From Antedon mediterranea (Eukaryota; Animalia; Echinodermata), in assembly GCF_964355755.1 (NCBI RefSeq), contig NC_092677.1:25531175-25595174 (forward strand): a DNA stretch of 64,000 nt, read 5' to 3'. This document shows positions 25,355-37,600 of this stretch, one piece after another (within the stretch, counting starts at the first letter, position 1; every line of letters begins with the position of its first letter). Both the position numbers and the translations under genes were made by a program. The notes under the pieces were generated by a model. The model was not told the origin of the DNA and did no database searches. It worked only from the letters and a program-made list of their open reading frames with translations.

Positions 25355-26377
25355 CTATTTGCAACTCTCTTTCCTTTTAACTTTCATTTCTGTCCATATG
25401 TGAACAAAGTTTGGTGAAGTGTGCGAGGTAAACAATTTCTGGTAGGCACAATGCGAATACTTAACTTGATAATTGTGGAATTTTGAATTTCCTTCTGGCT
25501 TAACGCCTAACTTTTCCCAAATAGTTCCAGCAAAGACATCTTCCAGATGTAAATAGGAAATTTCGGACGACACCTTGTACATTCTAGATACTAGATCACG
25601 TGACATTATATAGCCTGTACCCGATAAAAATGGCGGGTATATATTTTTAGAAAAAATCTGTTTTGGCATATACCATTTGCTTCTAACATTTCTGATTGGC
25701 TTAGTTTTCATATAGCAGCCAACAGCGAAATTCTTCTTTTTAGTTTTTCCCGCCAAAAACTGTACAATATTTAAGTAGTGGACAAACATATCATCGTCTG
25801 TTTTCATGACGTAATTAGCGTCAGGGCAAAATTGTGTTGACCATTTCAACGTTTGAATTGTTTTTAGCGTGAGGTTTTTATAAGTGTCGTCAAAATCTCC
25901 AATTATGATGTCATTGTATTCCTTGTTTTCTTCCTCAACTTCGTATTGCAAATCATGATCGTGCACTCGACCCAGGAGAAATATTGTAACAATGTTTCTA
26001 TCATTCACAACGTTAACAGATCCCCATGATTTCCGAATCAGTCTCCGATTCTCAAAGTGTTCATGCGTAGAAAAAACGACAACAAGTAGAAACACGGTAT
26101 TATTCGTTTTACATGCCTGGTCGTTGTTTAAAGAAAATGAATAATTACTACGCGGGTCTACATTGAATGCTTGTTCTGTGGTCTTGGAAGCTTCCATTGG
26201 TATCAAAACGTCATCGGTTGGTAACTCCTTATTAGGTGGTAAGTTTCGGTACTGCAATTGCAGAAGTTTTTTCATTTCTGCTTTTTCAGTTGCCATAAAC
26301 ATCATAACGTAAAAATAAAACAAGAAATTAGCAAAAGCAACTATCGCTATGAGTAAAAGGTTTCGATATAGATCCAT
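25355..26377 (-). CDS. Beta-1,3-galactosyltransferase-like (GT31), single-exon CDS
   Basis: N-terminal transmembrane segment and GT31 motifs RRLIRKSWG, DFDDTYKNLTLKT, YVMKTDDD, YPPFLSGTGY and EDVF. ATG at 26377; the ORF track starts upstream at a TTG. Confidence 0.93.
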   Translation of the reverse strand: MDLYRNLLLIAIVAFANFLFYFYVMMFMATEKAEMKKLLQLQYRNLPPNKELPTDDVLIPMEASKTTEQAFNVDPRSNYSFSLNNDQACKTNNTVFLLVVVFSTHEHFENRRLIRKSWGSVNVVNDRNIVTIFLLGRVHDHDLQYEVEEENKEYNDIIIGDFDDTYKNLTLKTIQTLKWSTQFCPDANYVMKTDDDMFVHYLNIVQFLAGKTKKKNFAVGCYMKTKPIRNVRSKWYMPKQIFSKNIYPPFLSGTGYIMSRDLVSRMYKVSSEISYLHLEDVFAGTIWEKLGVKPEGNSKFHNYQVKYSHCAYQKLFTSHTSPNFVHIWTEMKVKRKESCK

Positions 26378-27314
26378 TTTTCCAACCAAGTATGAAACGT
26401 CGATGTAAAATTAAATGATAAACAATATTTAAACCGGCGTGTTATGCAATATTAATGAAATTTAGAAAAATAACAACATCCATCTTGCGTTAGGATCGGA
26501 CACACCTGGTTGGTTTCATATAAAACTTCATTGAAAAGCGCCACCCTGATCGAATTTTGATAATCGTGTATCAATACTTTGGGTAAATTGATAAACGAGA
26601 GGTCGCAATCATGTAAGAAGTTTGTATTTAACAGCTGTGCATTCTCTCTGATTTTGTACAATATCTGCCGCAAAATATCGATCGTTCAGTAGCTCCAGTA
26701 GGCCTACCATTTTGAGTATTGTGTAAACATGTGATTTATCGATAATTGTTTTAACCAGGTGTGATATGTTACGCTTGCGCATGCGCTCCACAAAGTGTTA
26801 GTTGAGAACGTACCGCCGTAGGCTACTTAGTAGATGAAAAACCTTGCAACGAAAACTTTAGTGACATGTGACTGTGAATATATTTTTTTTAATGGCTTGG
26901 TTTGAGAATGGTCACGGCTTTATTATTATAGGCCTACCTAAGTATATTATAATAGGCCTCAGATTATCGATTATCGATCGTCTCAGAAACAATTATTCCT
27001 AATAATAAATAACAATAAATATACGAGAACACTCTGAAATATTGTTTTTCTTGAAAGTATTGCATTAGTAAGCCTAAAAATTGTAAACATTTTAAAGTTG
27101 TAAAAGTTTTATTGCGTCTGGTGTGTAAAAAAGTGCACGAAAAAAAGTTTTTCTTACAGGGCAGAGATAGAGGCGCTCTCTATATTATTTTGTAAAAAGG
27201 ATCAAAGGCATGCGCATTACATTATCAACAACTACCCCCTCTATTGTCTATAGATAGATAAAGAGAAAAAAACATTGATTGATGATTTAAAAAACAAAGG
27301 AAAATGTTCCGAAA

Positions 27315-28128
27315 ATGAAGGATGTTTTTCTAGCAGCTGTGTCAATTTGGACAGCTCTAGCTGTTGTACTGTTATTTATTGCATTTGGTAGGTATCATAA
27401 TGATGTATTAAACACAATCAAGCCTAGAATAGGGCCTAGGCTAGTAGAAAAGTTTAGCTAGCTAGTAGTAGGCTAGCTAGTAGGCTCAGCAACAGCAGGC
27501 AGCCTCCTACCTACACCGTCCTCTAGGCCTTTGGTTTGAGTATAGGCCTACTTACTACTCTCTAGCCAAGACGTGACCAGGACTACCGCCGCCAACTAGC
27601 CTACTTTATCTAGGCTGGTCCAGCTGTGTACAGTAGTTTTATATTCGACGTAGGTTCTCAGAGCTCAGGGAGAGTATTAAGTCCAGTCATGTCCCGGTAA
27701 AAGTACATAACATAAATAATTTAAATAAAAGTACAGTTCTGTTTAGTAAATACAATAGCTTCATTATGTAAAGTCTGGTAATATTTGTGAACAAAAATTG
27801 TGTGGGAGAGAGAGTTTAATCTCTCTATGGTTACACACACAGATTTATTTTTATGTAAAAAATGTATGCTTTCAGTAAACAGAAATATAGCAACAACAAA
27901 TTGTATAAATTAATAATAAGTAAGAAATTAGTTGTTTTTTTGTTTTTTTTAGGATGGTATGTTGTGTGGAAAGCATTTCTTTCACGTTTTAAACTTGTTC
28001 GTGAGTTATTTGGATTAGGAAATGATAAGACAAAAGGTGGCAGCACACAAGAGCAGCAGCCGATTACGACAACAGCATCCACAAGAAGAAAGAGATTACA
28101 TCAACAACAGCACGAACTAAACTCATGA
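27315..28128 (+). CDS. SMIM13: Small integral membrane protein 13-like
   Basis: Exons 27315-27387 (MKDVFLAAVSIWTALAVVLLFIAFG) and 27953-28128 (WYVVWKAFLSRFKLVRELFG...), joined by a GT-AG intron. Matches the SMIM13 GWYxVWxxFLSxFKxxREL motif. Confidence 0.85.
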
Positions 28129-28544
28129 CCTCAGCTTAAAATACAGTAATTCTTTTTAATGAGAAAAAACAGTGGAAATGCTAACAGTTAGAGTAGACAT
28201 AATATATCCAGGAATATTGTTATTGATTATGATGAGGCAGAAAATGTAGATTTTCATTGTACTGTATTATATGAATAGATCACAGTGTTGTAGTTGACAG
28301 TGGAAATGCTAACAGACTTTAATAGCATATCTCAGAATGTTTACTTAACTGTAGTAGGCCTACCCACCGTGGTTGATGAAGCTAAAAAAGAAGACATTTT
28401 ATGAGCATTCAAGTTCAAGTTCAAGGTCAAATTTATTCACATAATGCAAACATATACAAAATATAAAAGATACAAGTGGTTGGAAATTAAGTAAATAATA
28501 GTTGCATTATGCCTGGAGAATACCATTTAAACCCCAAGGGGCTT

Positions 28545-28898
28545 TAAGCCTGGATGCGATATTTCTTTTCGTACATAAGTTGAGGACCCCTCGTGAAACG
28601 TCATAAAATAAACATGAATATTCATTAGTTATATCCATAAGGTGTGACGTAAGAATCGAGCTAATTACAATTCGCTAATGTAAACGATTTCTGTCGAGCC
28701 GTCTGTGTAGTCAAGTGAATAAGACTATGGACTTTACATGTCGATGTATGGGGTTCGACTCCCATGAGCTACTCTTTTACTTTATAGTGAGAGAGAGATT
28801 ATTTGGAGGGTTAGGTTTAGTTATATTTAGGAAGTAGTTTGGCTATCTTTCACATGGGGTCCCCAACTTATGTACGAAAAAAAAAATCGCAGCCTGGA
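28545..28898. mobile_element. MITE with about 50-bp TIRs and an internal degenerate tRNA-like segment
   Basis: TGCGATATTTCTTTTCGTACATAAGTTGAGGACCCC / GGGGTCCCCAACTTATGTACGAAAAAAAAAATCGCA, with internal GGTTCGACTCC at about 28752. Confidence 0.7.
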
Positions 28899-29442
28899 TC
28901 CACCAGAAAGAATAAAAAAGTAAGCTACTGACAGACATCTGGCCTTCTAAAAAAATTAATATTACAAACATGAATTTAGGCGTGAATATTTCCATGTATA
29001 AGAACTTGCAAAAATGTAGAAAAAAACTGTCATTGTCAGTATAAAATAAGTACAGTATTCTAAAAAATTGAATTGGAATTTTTATAAGATGAAATTACAA
29101 ATTTGAGGGTGGGTGGAGAATTTAATTTTTAAAATAATTATATGCAATAAAAAATCAACAATAAAGCAAATATTTAGTGTATGTGCATTTCTTCTATCAA
29201 GTATGCAAATTAAGTTTTGTTTAACATACAAAATAGATATATATACGATAAATATATTAACGTATAAACTGTAATAAATACATTAATAATTTACAGCACT
29301 TGACTTAGTTTTCTGTTTAAAAACATGTAGCACGCCCTCAACAACATCGTTGTGGCGACGCTTACGGCGCCATATTTCGGAATAGCGGTAGCGTTGTTCA
29401 CACAATTTTTAAGGGGATAACAATAAGTTATCTTCATTCATC

Positions 29443-30849
29443 ATGAAACTCGTGAGGTAAACACACAATTTTTTGATATATTACTATTTTATAAATATTT
29501 AGTTACAATTATATATTAACATTTTTGAAAATAGTTGGCTAATTCTTATACTTTAAGGGCATGCTTAGCTACCTTGGCAATGGTATTGTTTACTAGGCCT
29601 AGATAGTTTAGTCCCACTGCAATCTTGTTCCTAGAACCTGTCTAGTATCTCAATGTATTGGGCCTAGGCGAGTTTCAGTACTGTACCTATAGTTATTATC
29701 AGTTTAACTCATGATCATTGGACATGTTCGCTAGTAGGCCTAGCCTAGTACTATAGATAGTACAATAGGCTATAACCCACCACACGCTTGTTTCAGTTAA
29801 ACGTTTTTTTATTTAATGGTAATTAATGGTTTTTGTATATTCCTAGCCTTCCAGTACTACTACTAGCAGAGGAAAGTGTAAAAAAGGTAGACTAGCCTAG
29901 TAGTAAGCTAGCTTTCTTTCACTATCTTGACCAGTAGGCCTAGCCTAGGAGGACTATAATATATATTATATAGCCTCTAGCTAACAAGTCTGACATTTGT
30001 TATTTATTCACAGATTTTTAATGAAGCTTAGTCATGAGACGGTGACAGTGGAGTTAAAAAATGGAACTCAAGTTCACGGAACAATAACCGGTACAAATGA
30101 ATACATTATAGTGATTACTTAATATATAGGCCTATCTTTTTTACGTTTTTTTTTTTTAAATCACACATTCATTGTCAACATAAACAACAAATTTATCAAA
30201 TTGTTTTTTAGTTTAGATCAAAATAAGGTTGTTTCCTTTTGATAGAAATTATAATTTTCTTTCTTTTCTAGGTGTCGATGTAGCAATGAACACACATCTG
30301 AAATCTGTAAAAATGACCGTTAAAGGCAGAGAACCAGTCCAGTTAGACACATTAGTTGTTAGGGGCAACAACATACGATACTTCATATTACCCGACAGTT
30401 TACCGTTAGATACGTTACTAGTAGACGATACGCCAAAAGCCAGAGCAAAGAAAAAGGAAGCAGGTACGTTAACTTAGTCTATGTTATAAAAATGATGTTA
30501 TGTATCTGCATTTATAGATAGTATCAAATCAAGTGTTATTATATGCAATATAAAATAAACATTCTAATGGAATAAAGCACCTTTTTTTTCTTTGAAATTC
30601 AATTTGTTTTTCTTTATTTTTATTTTCAGTGATTTGGGACAATATGTATATTGTTAAAAGCGCTATATAAATTTGAAAACATTAACATTATGAAGGATGA
30701 TTAAAATCGGTATTATTTTTTTTTTGCTTTTTTCAGCTGTCGGCCGAGGCAGAGGTCGCGGAAGTAGGGGTAGAGGTGGCGGACGGGGAGGTGGACGAGG
30801 ACGCGGAAGAGGTGGTGGTGGAGGAGGAGGCGGCGGAGGTCGACGATAG
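29443..30849 (+). CDS. SNRPD1: Small nuclear ribonucleoprotein Sm D1
   Basis: Exons 29443-29456, 30014-30090, 30272-30463 and 30737-30849. They encode [41 protein letters not shown]...[20 protein letters not shown] and an RG/G-rich tail. Confidence 0.97.
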
Positions 30850-31727
30850 AATATGGAAGGATGAGAAATAAAAGACTTTTTGTCGGGTGGGGATTGGTAC
30901 CTTGTTATGTGGACCTAAAATTTGGTCAAAAACTGGAAAAGTAATGTTTTTGGCGCAGAAAGAAGCGCTAACGTAGAGGCATGTACATTTGATTTCAGAA
31001 GATATTTTGTACATTTACAGTCCACTGTCCTATTCAGGTGTTTACGCTATGAAAGATTTTTAAAACATAAAATGATGCATAGATCAGATGGGGTCAGTGT
31101 GTGACCGGTAACGCCCAAGGGGTTGAGGTGTACATTTTTATACTGCAGTATAGTATGGGTCTACATCATTCTGAAAGCCACACAGATATTAAATTTGATT
31201 TTACAGAAGTGCCCTTTTGTGTATAGTATTTAATCATGGTTAGTAGCTCAAACCGCTCTACTGGCTAGCAAAACAAATTAGTATCGTGTTAAGGTACCTG
31301 TACTAGGTCTAGGCTTTTCAAATCAATAGACATTATTTACAAAATCTGAACACAAAGGAAAACAAGAAACAGGATTGTACAGAATTATAAAAATATGTTT
31401 CAGAAAATGAAGGCAAAAGCCCTGAAAGATGTTGGTAAACATCTTGTGTTGGGCGAGCCTTAACTCAAATAGAAAAGTTTCTACTAGACTGCGTGAAGTG
31501 GTCGAATCAGTGTGTCCAATCATTTTTACTTTTGTAGGACAGTACACTTCTTTCTGGGTCGTCTAGAAAAAATGACATTCCGACCAGTGAAGCTTTGTTG
31601 ATTGAGAATAAAATTTGTAAAGTAACCTTTTAACTGTTGGTTTTGTTAATTTAGTGTTGTACGTATGGTCATCACAGTAAATATTATTTTTATTCATTGA
31701 ATGATAATGTAAAATTATAAATCAATT

Positions 31728-33942
31728 CTAAATATTAAAGTCATTTCTGTAACGTTTTTTCCTTGCCAATTCAGGGTGAAACTGCGAATTGTATCGCTCT
31801 CTTGTCGTTTCAACTGTTTCGGGAACACTCATTGCAGGTTGATGCGTTTCTTCTTGTTTGCCCGATAATAATCTCTCAGTCTTCGCCTTTTCCGCAGCCT
31901 CTCGTTGCAATCTTTCGGCTCGCAGCCTTTCGATGGCAGCATTGCTTATTTTGCGCTTTTTCTCTTCATCATCACCAGAATGTTCAGTATCAGAGCTAGA
32001 TGAGGATTGATGTTTGTTTTTTCTCTTGTGTTTCTTTTTGTGTTTAAATTTATTTTTCTTATGTTTTTTTCTACTATCTGAACCTTCACTATGTGTTTTG
32101 TGTTTCTTTTCTTTCCTGTGTACCTCTCTTTCTTTTAAACTCCTGGCAGATGGTTGTTCTACCTAATGGAAAAAAAATTTGGGGTAAAAAAAAATTAGAA
32201 TTCTTGTTTTGGAATTTGGCTGTCATATGAATTCGGTAAAACAACAACACTTGCCTCGCGTACAAAGTCCACAGTACTTCGAGCGACGCATGGTTTCGGC
32301 CTATCTACTGCCCTCTTTTGTCTACCATCTGTCTTTTTTCCGAGATATCGGTTCATATCTTCCATAGGGTCAAGCAATTTTTTCCTCTTTACGTCTATGG
32401 TACTATATTTATTAAAATAATAACAAAAGGTACAAATCTTGCATACAAAAATCATTTGATTGCGAACTTTCAAGGTGTATATAAAAAACAATAAAAATTA
32501 CCTTGTTTTTGATGTCTCGTCTGCACTTGATTTCCGCGTATTATCATCTTTCATATACCACGGCTTTACAGTCTGAGTTTCCGCTGCACTTTGACCTAAG
32601 TATGTCAGTAACCCAATCTTTTTTTCATAGTTTATTTTTTCGGCTTCTTTTTCTGCTTCATGTTCAGCATTCACTCCTCCAATTTTTTTCTATAAATTTT
32701 AAGTGAAAAAGTAATGTAACATTTCCAAATACCGTATATCCTCTGGTATGATCCCACCCCACTACAACACGAAATTGGACCGACTTTGCGGGGTGGGACT
32801 ATAACTGGCAAAACCCTTGTTCAGGAAAAAAATAATTAGGAAGCATCTGAGCTGGCTAGAGAGAGGCCTACATCCAAACTAAAGTCAACACTGGGACTAT
32901 ACCCAGGGATATGCCTGTTTGTGAAATCAGATATAAAGTAGGGGGTGGGATTAGACCAGAAGTGGGATTATACACGAGGATATACGATACTTATATGATT
33001 TTTATTTAACAACACATTGTAACTGATCGTAACCAAATGACACAAACAGAAGTATATACAAAACCTTTAATTACAAACATTGTTGCTCCAACTCTACAAT
33101 TGTATATTCATTTAAAAAATTACCCCTTCTTGAATATCTTTAAAGAAGTTGATGTGTCCTTTTGGTTGGTCGTCAATTGCAACGACTGCATGTTCTTCAT
33201 CACCTGGGCGATGGGAAAGTTTTTGTGTCACGTCGTACCGTTTGTTTGCTTTTTCACGCAATCTTGTTGTCCTTGCTTCTTGCTCCTGAAAGAGAATGTT
33301 CGGAAAATTGTATGGTTGCTTTAAAAAAAATATAATAATTTGGTGGCTTTATTGTGAGACCTATATAAAGCACTATCAAACTTTATGTGACAAAAAAATG
33401 TGATGTACATATGTCATATCACTACCATATATGGGCACATCACACTTTTTTTTTCAAAATAGTTTGATAGTGTAGACAGAGCTTAATACTAGAAATTCTT
33501 TTAAAGGTAGATAGCTTATAAATAAAAATAATACAAAGGTCCTGAAGATACAGTGAAGTATGGCTAATGGTATACTCACAGCTAGGGCAACTCTTGCCTG
33601 TCTTTGCTTCTCCTCCTCGGCTGCCTTGGCTTCATCCCTCCTAACTCTCTCAATGTTCTCCTTTTTCAGAACATGCCAGCTGTCAAAATAAATATGTAAC
33701 AATGTCTGTATCAATATAATAGTAGTAAATGAATAGATTAGTACAGACATAGTAAAGTCAATAAAGAATTGATGATCTCTAGGCCTTCTATATTCATCAA
33801 TTGCAGCCAAGTCTCTTTTTCAATGGTGAGGATGCATTGTTGATCAAAGGTAGGTAGACATATTCATAAACATTGATATATAATAATAGTAAATAGTATT
33901 ACTATTAGACTGGCATTACCTCTTTTTTGGTAGAATATTCAT
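31728..33942 (-). CDS. LENG1: Leukocyte receptor cluster member 1 homolog (Cir_N domain)
   Basis: Exons 33942-33920 (MNILPKKS), 33679-33580 ([16 protein letters not shown]), 33285-33124, 32689-32502 ([14 protein letters not shown]), 32394-32255 (LLDPM) and 32162-31728 (LRAERLQRE...[11 protein letters not shown]). Confidence 0.9.
32732..32988. mobile_element. CCGTA-ended MITE (Tc1/mariner-like) in a LENG1 intron
   Basis: TA|CCGTATATCCTC...GAGGATATACGA|TA. Confidence 0.65.
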
Positions 33943-34683
33943 TTTTTCAAGATTTTATTGCATCAAACACCAAAACAAATGAAAACTCTGCAGATGATAT
34001 GAAAAAAAGAAGCATTAATATAATAATTAATACACATGGATCAGTAGGCTTCTTGCTACTACCTAGGCTAGGCCTACTTACCTCCATCATACCTAGAAAG
34101 CTAGCCTCCCTTTATATAAGTTAGGGTGGAGTACTCCTCTCCTAGGAGGCCTAGCTAGTCGCAGCGAGAGGCCTAGGCTCCTAGCTTTTAAAGAATCATA
34201 AATACGACAGAAACTCCATAACCTTAGATATGAGTATAATACTAATCTACAAACAGAAAATAAGAAAGTTAATACGTACCGTTTTATAAACGATTAGGAT
34301 TATAAAAGAAGGGAGCTGAAAATACACAATTTGTTTACAAACGTTCCACCCACACACTTATCGCAGGTTAAAGACACGGCGGCCGGTGGTTTAAGGTATG
34401 AACCCTGTCAAAATATTTTGAAAGGTCAGGGAATCCCTGATTTATTGAGACGAATCTATTATTTGTAAATAATATTTTGTTGTAAAAAAAGTGACATGAA
34501 TAATTAACTGATAAAAAAAAGTACAAAAATATCAAAATTATTATTCCTATTGAGAGAATAACACATCAATTGACAATATAATTACTTAGCTTAAAGGAGA
34601 ATAAAAGAAGCACTTAGAAAAACACGATGTAACCTTCCTCCATTGAAATGGTCGAGTCAACGTTTTTGTTTCAACTTTGAAAA

Positions 34684-37600
34684 ATGGCGGTCGAGGCAAC
34701 GGAGAAGTGGGTGCGAGAAAGAGTCAAATTAAACTACGAACATCTTGGTAAATGTTGAATATTACACAAGTTATTATTGACAATATGTCAATATTGTCTT
34801 TTGATTTATTAACTTGTTTGTTTTTATGACCTTACACGTTTTTTTCTTTCAAGTAAAAATGCTAGGCCTCTTTATTTTTTTAGGCTAGGAAGATCTCACA
34901 CGATCAATCGCGGCTAACTCAGCAGGTTCACGAATCACGTCACACAGACCAACCATGGAGGTATAAACCTCCATGGACCAACTAGGCCTAGACCTTGATA
35001 GGAAGTGAGGCATACTAGTAGTAGTAGTACAATACATAGGTTAATGATGGCCTAGACCTACCTAGCAACTAAAATCATGAATTAATGGCTTTTTTAACAT
35101 GTAAAATGTTTGTATTTAAAAAAATTTATAACATATAATAATTATTTAATTCAATATTATTTCATTATAAATTAATAATATTTTATTTTTATATAATAAT
35201 TATTAATAATAATATATTTGTTATATTTTATATTAATTAATATAAATGATTATTTTTAATAAATATGATAGCATAGACTACAGCATAATTTAATACAATA
35301 CCTCAATAATACAATGAGCTATACTATTATTACTAATATAATGTGCCTGCCTACTCCCTTAGTTTCTGTGTTTTGTTTGTTTGTAACTGGTTTTTGGCAA
35401 TAAATAATAATAATAATAAGAAGGCAAAGAGTATTACTCGTACGTATAGAAATAGGCTGTCTCCTCTCATAGTTTTTATGTGCGAGTCGTATGTTCGTTT
35501 AAAAGTGCTGAGTATTGTTGCATTTGTTTTTTAACAATATTTTTGTTTTCTTTTAAGGTGATGTTCGGTCTTTGTCTCTTCCTGGAAGCTATCATGAGAA
35601 GATTACTGTCCTGGGTACTGCATTGCAGAGCTTTGAAAGGCTGAAGAACTTAGACCTATCAAGAAATTCACTGACAAGCTTAGAAGGCCTAGACCATCTG
35701 AGTGTACTTGAAACACTCAACCTGTATCTTTTGCAGAGATGATGATAGAAAGTCTACGTCATTATTAATGTTAGCCTTTGAATACTTTATTTCGTTTATA
35801 TAGTTGTTGTTTCAAGCGGTTAAGACGGTGGAACCGTAATTAAGTAGCCATAACATCAGCAAGGATTCAAGGCTCACTCGCTCCATGGTTCTTGTGGTAG
35901 AACGAGTCTTCTAGGATAAGGACTATAAACCATAGGTCCAGTGACATCTAGCTCATGTACACTTTAAAGAACCTAGTACATCTTTCGAGACAAGTAGGGG
36001 GTTACCCAGGTGTACTAGTACACACACAGCCACTGATCATAACTGGGCCCTCTGGGAGACCAGTCTTTGACTGAAGAGGTTGTCCGGTATAAATAAATAA
36101 ATTCAAAAATGCAAACGTTTTCTTTAATTAGTAACCTGTAGATATTATAATAACATTTCAAGCTTACAAGATCTGTTTTTACTTCGTCACAATAATCGTC
36201 TGCAAGAGTTGGATCTTAGACTGAATCCAGTCACTAAGAACGAACCAGATTACAGACTGTTCGTTGTGCACATGTTACCGAACCTCCGCAAGCTAGGTAA
36301 AAAAACGTTTCATTCTGAAATTTGACGTGCTAAATTAAAATATATATTTCAGAAATTATTAGTAGTTATTTTGTTGTGGTGAAACCAGCTTATTTGTCTT
36401 TGCATCTTTTATTTAATACTTCATTATTATGAGTGAATTAATCTATAATAACTTAACGAATGAATGAATAATATAATAAATTACTTTTTGTTACCAGATG
36501 ATCGTTCTGTGCGAGATAGTGAAAGGAAAGCTGCTTTGCTTCACTTCAATTCAGAACAGGTAAACACCACTCTATACAATACAATACTGTCTGTAAAGCT
36601 CTGTCTGCACTATCAAACTAGTTTGACAAAAAAGTGTGATGTGCCCAAATATGGTAGTGATATGCTTAAATATGGTAGTGATATGACATCATCGTGTCCA
36701 TATATGGCTACATCACATTTTTTGTCACATAAAGTTTGATAGTGTAGACAGAGCTATTTATGCCATGCAGTACTATTTTTGGAGTGTAAGAGGCGAGAAA
36801 AAACAAAGTAAAGAGCAGTTGCTTGTTGACGCTTAAAATAATTATTTGTTTTGAATTATTTTAGGCCAATGAGCTTACAGAACATTTTCGGGAAGACAAC
36901 TTAAGAACAAAAACAGAAAGAGTTCAGCAACCGAGAGCCGAGTATATACGAGGGATGAGCAAGAAAACATCAGGTAAATGTTTACCAGTAAACTTGTCAA
37001 TGAACATATGTGACTTTAGACTTTCTGAGCTCTAGAGTGTTAAGCTCTGTCTACACTATGATGTGCCCATATATGGACATGATGATGTCATATCACTACC
37101 ATATCTGGGCATATCACTACCATATTTAAACACATCACACTTTTTTGTCACATAAAGTTTGATAGTGTAGACAGAGCTTAACACTCTAGAGCTCAGTAAG
37201 TCTAAAGTCACAAATGTTTCTAATGCCTTAAGTTGTTAGCCCCAAAATCTCTAGGAGCTTATTCCTTACTTAAAACTGATTATCAGCCTACCTTTTTCTC
37301 AGAAGAAGGAGATATTTCTCTTATATAACCTTACATTTTCAGTTGTAGAGGATGATGATTCAGAGTTGTTGGACCTGATCGCCAGAACTGGTGGTGATCT
37401 CCGACAAGCGAGGCATCTGTCTGGATCTGCTGCTATAGCGCCATCAATCGAACACCATGAACGAAATCCAAATACAGGTTATCCATTTTATTATTATATT
37501 ATTCCAATGTCATTATAACTCAATGAATCTGTAATTTCTATGTCATCAACCAAAGTTTATTTTTAAAGTAATTGAATTTTATAAATTTTAAATAGTTTGT

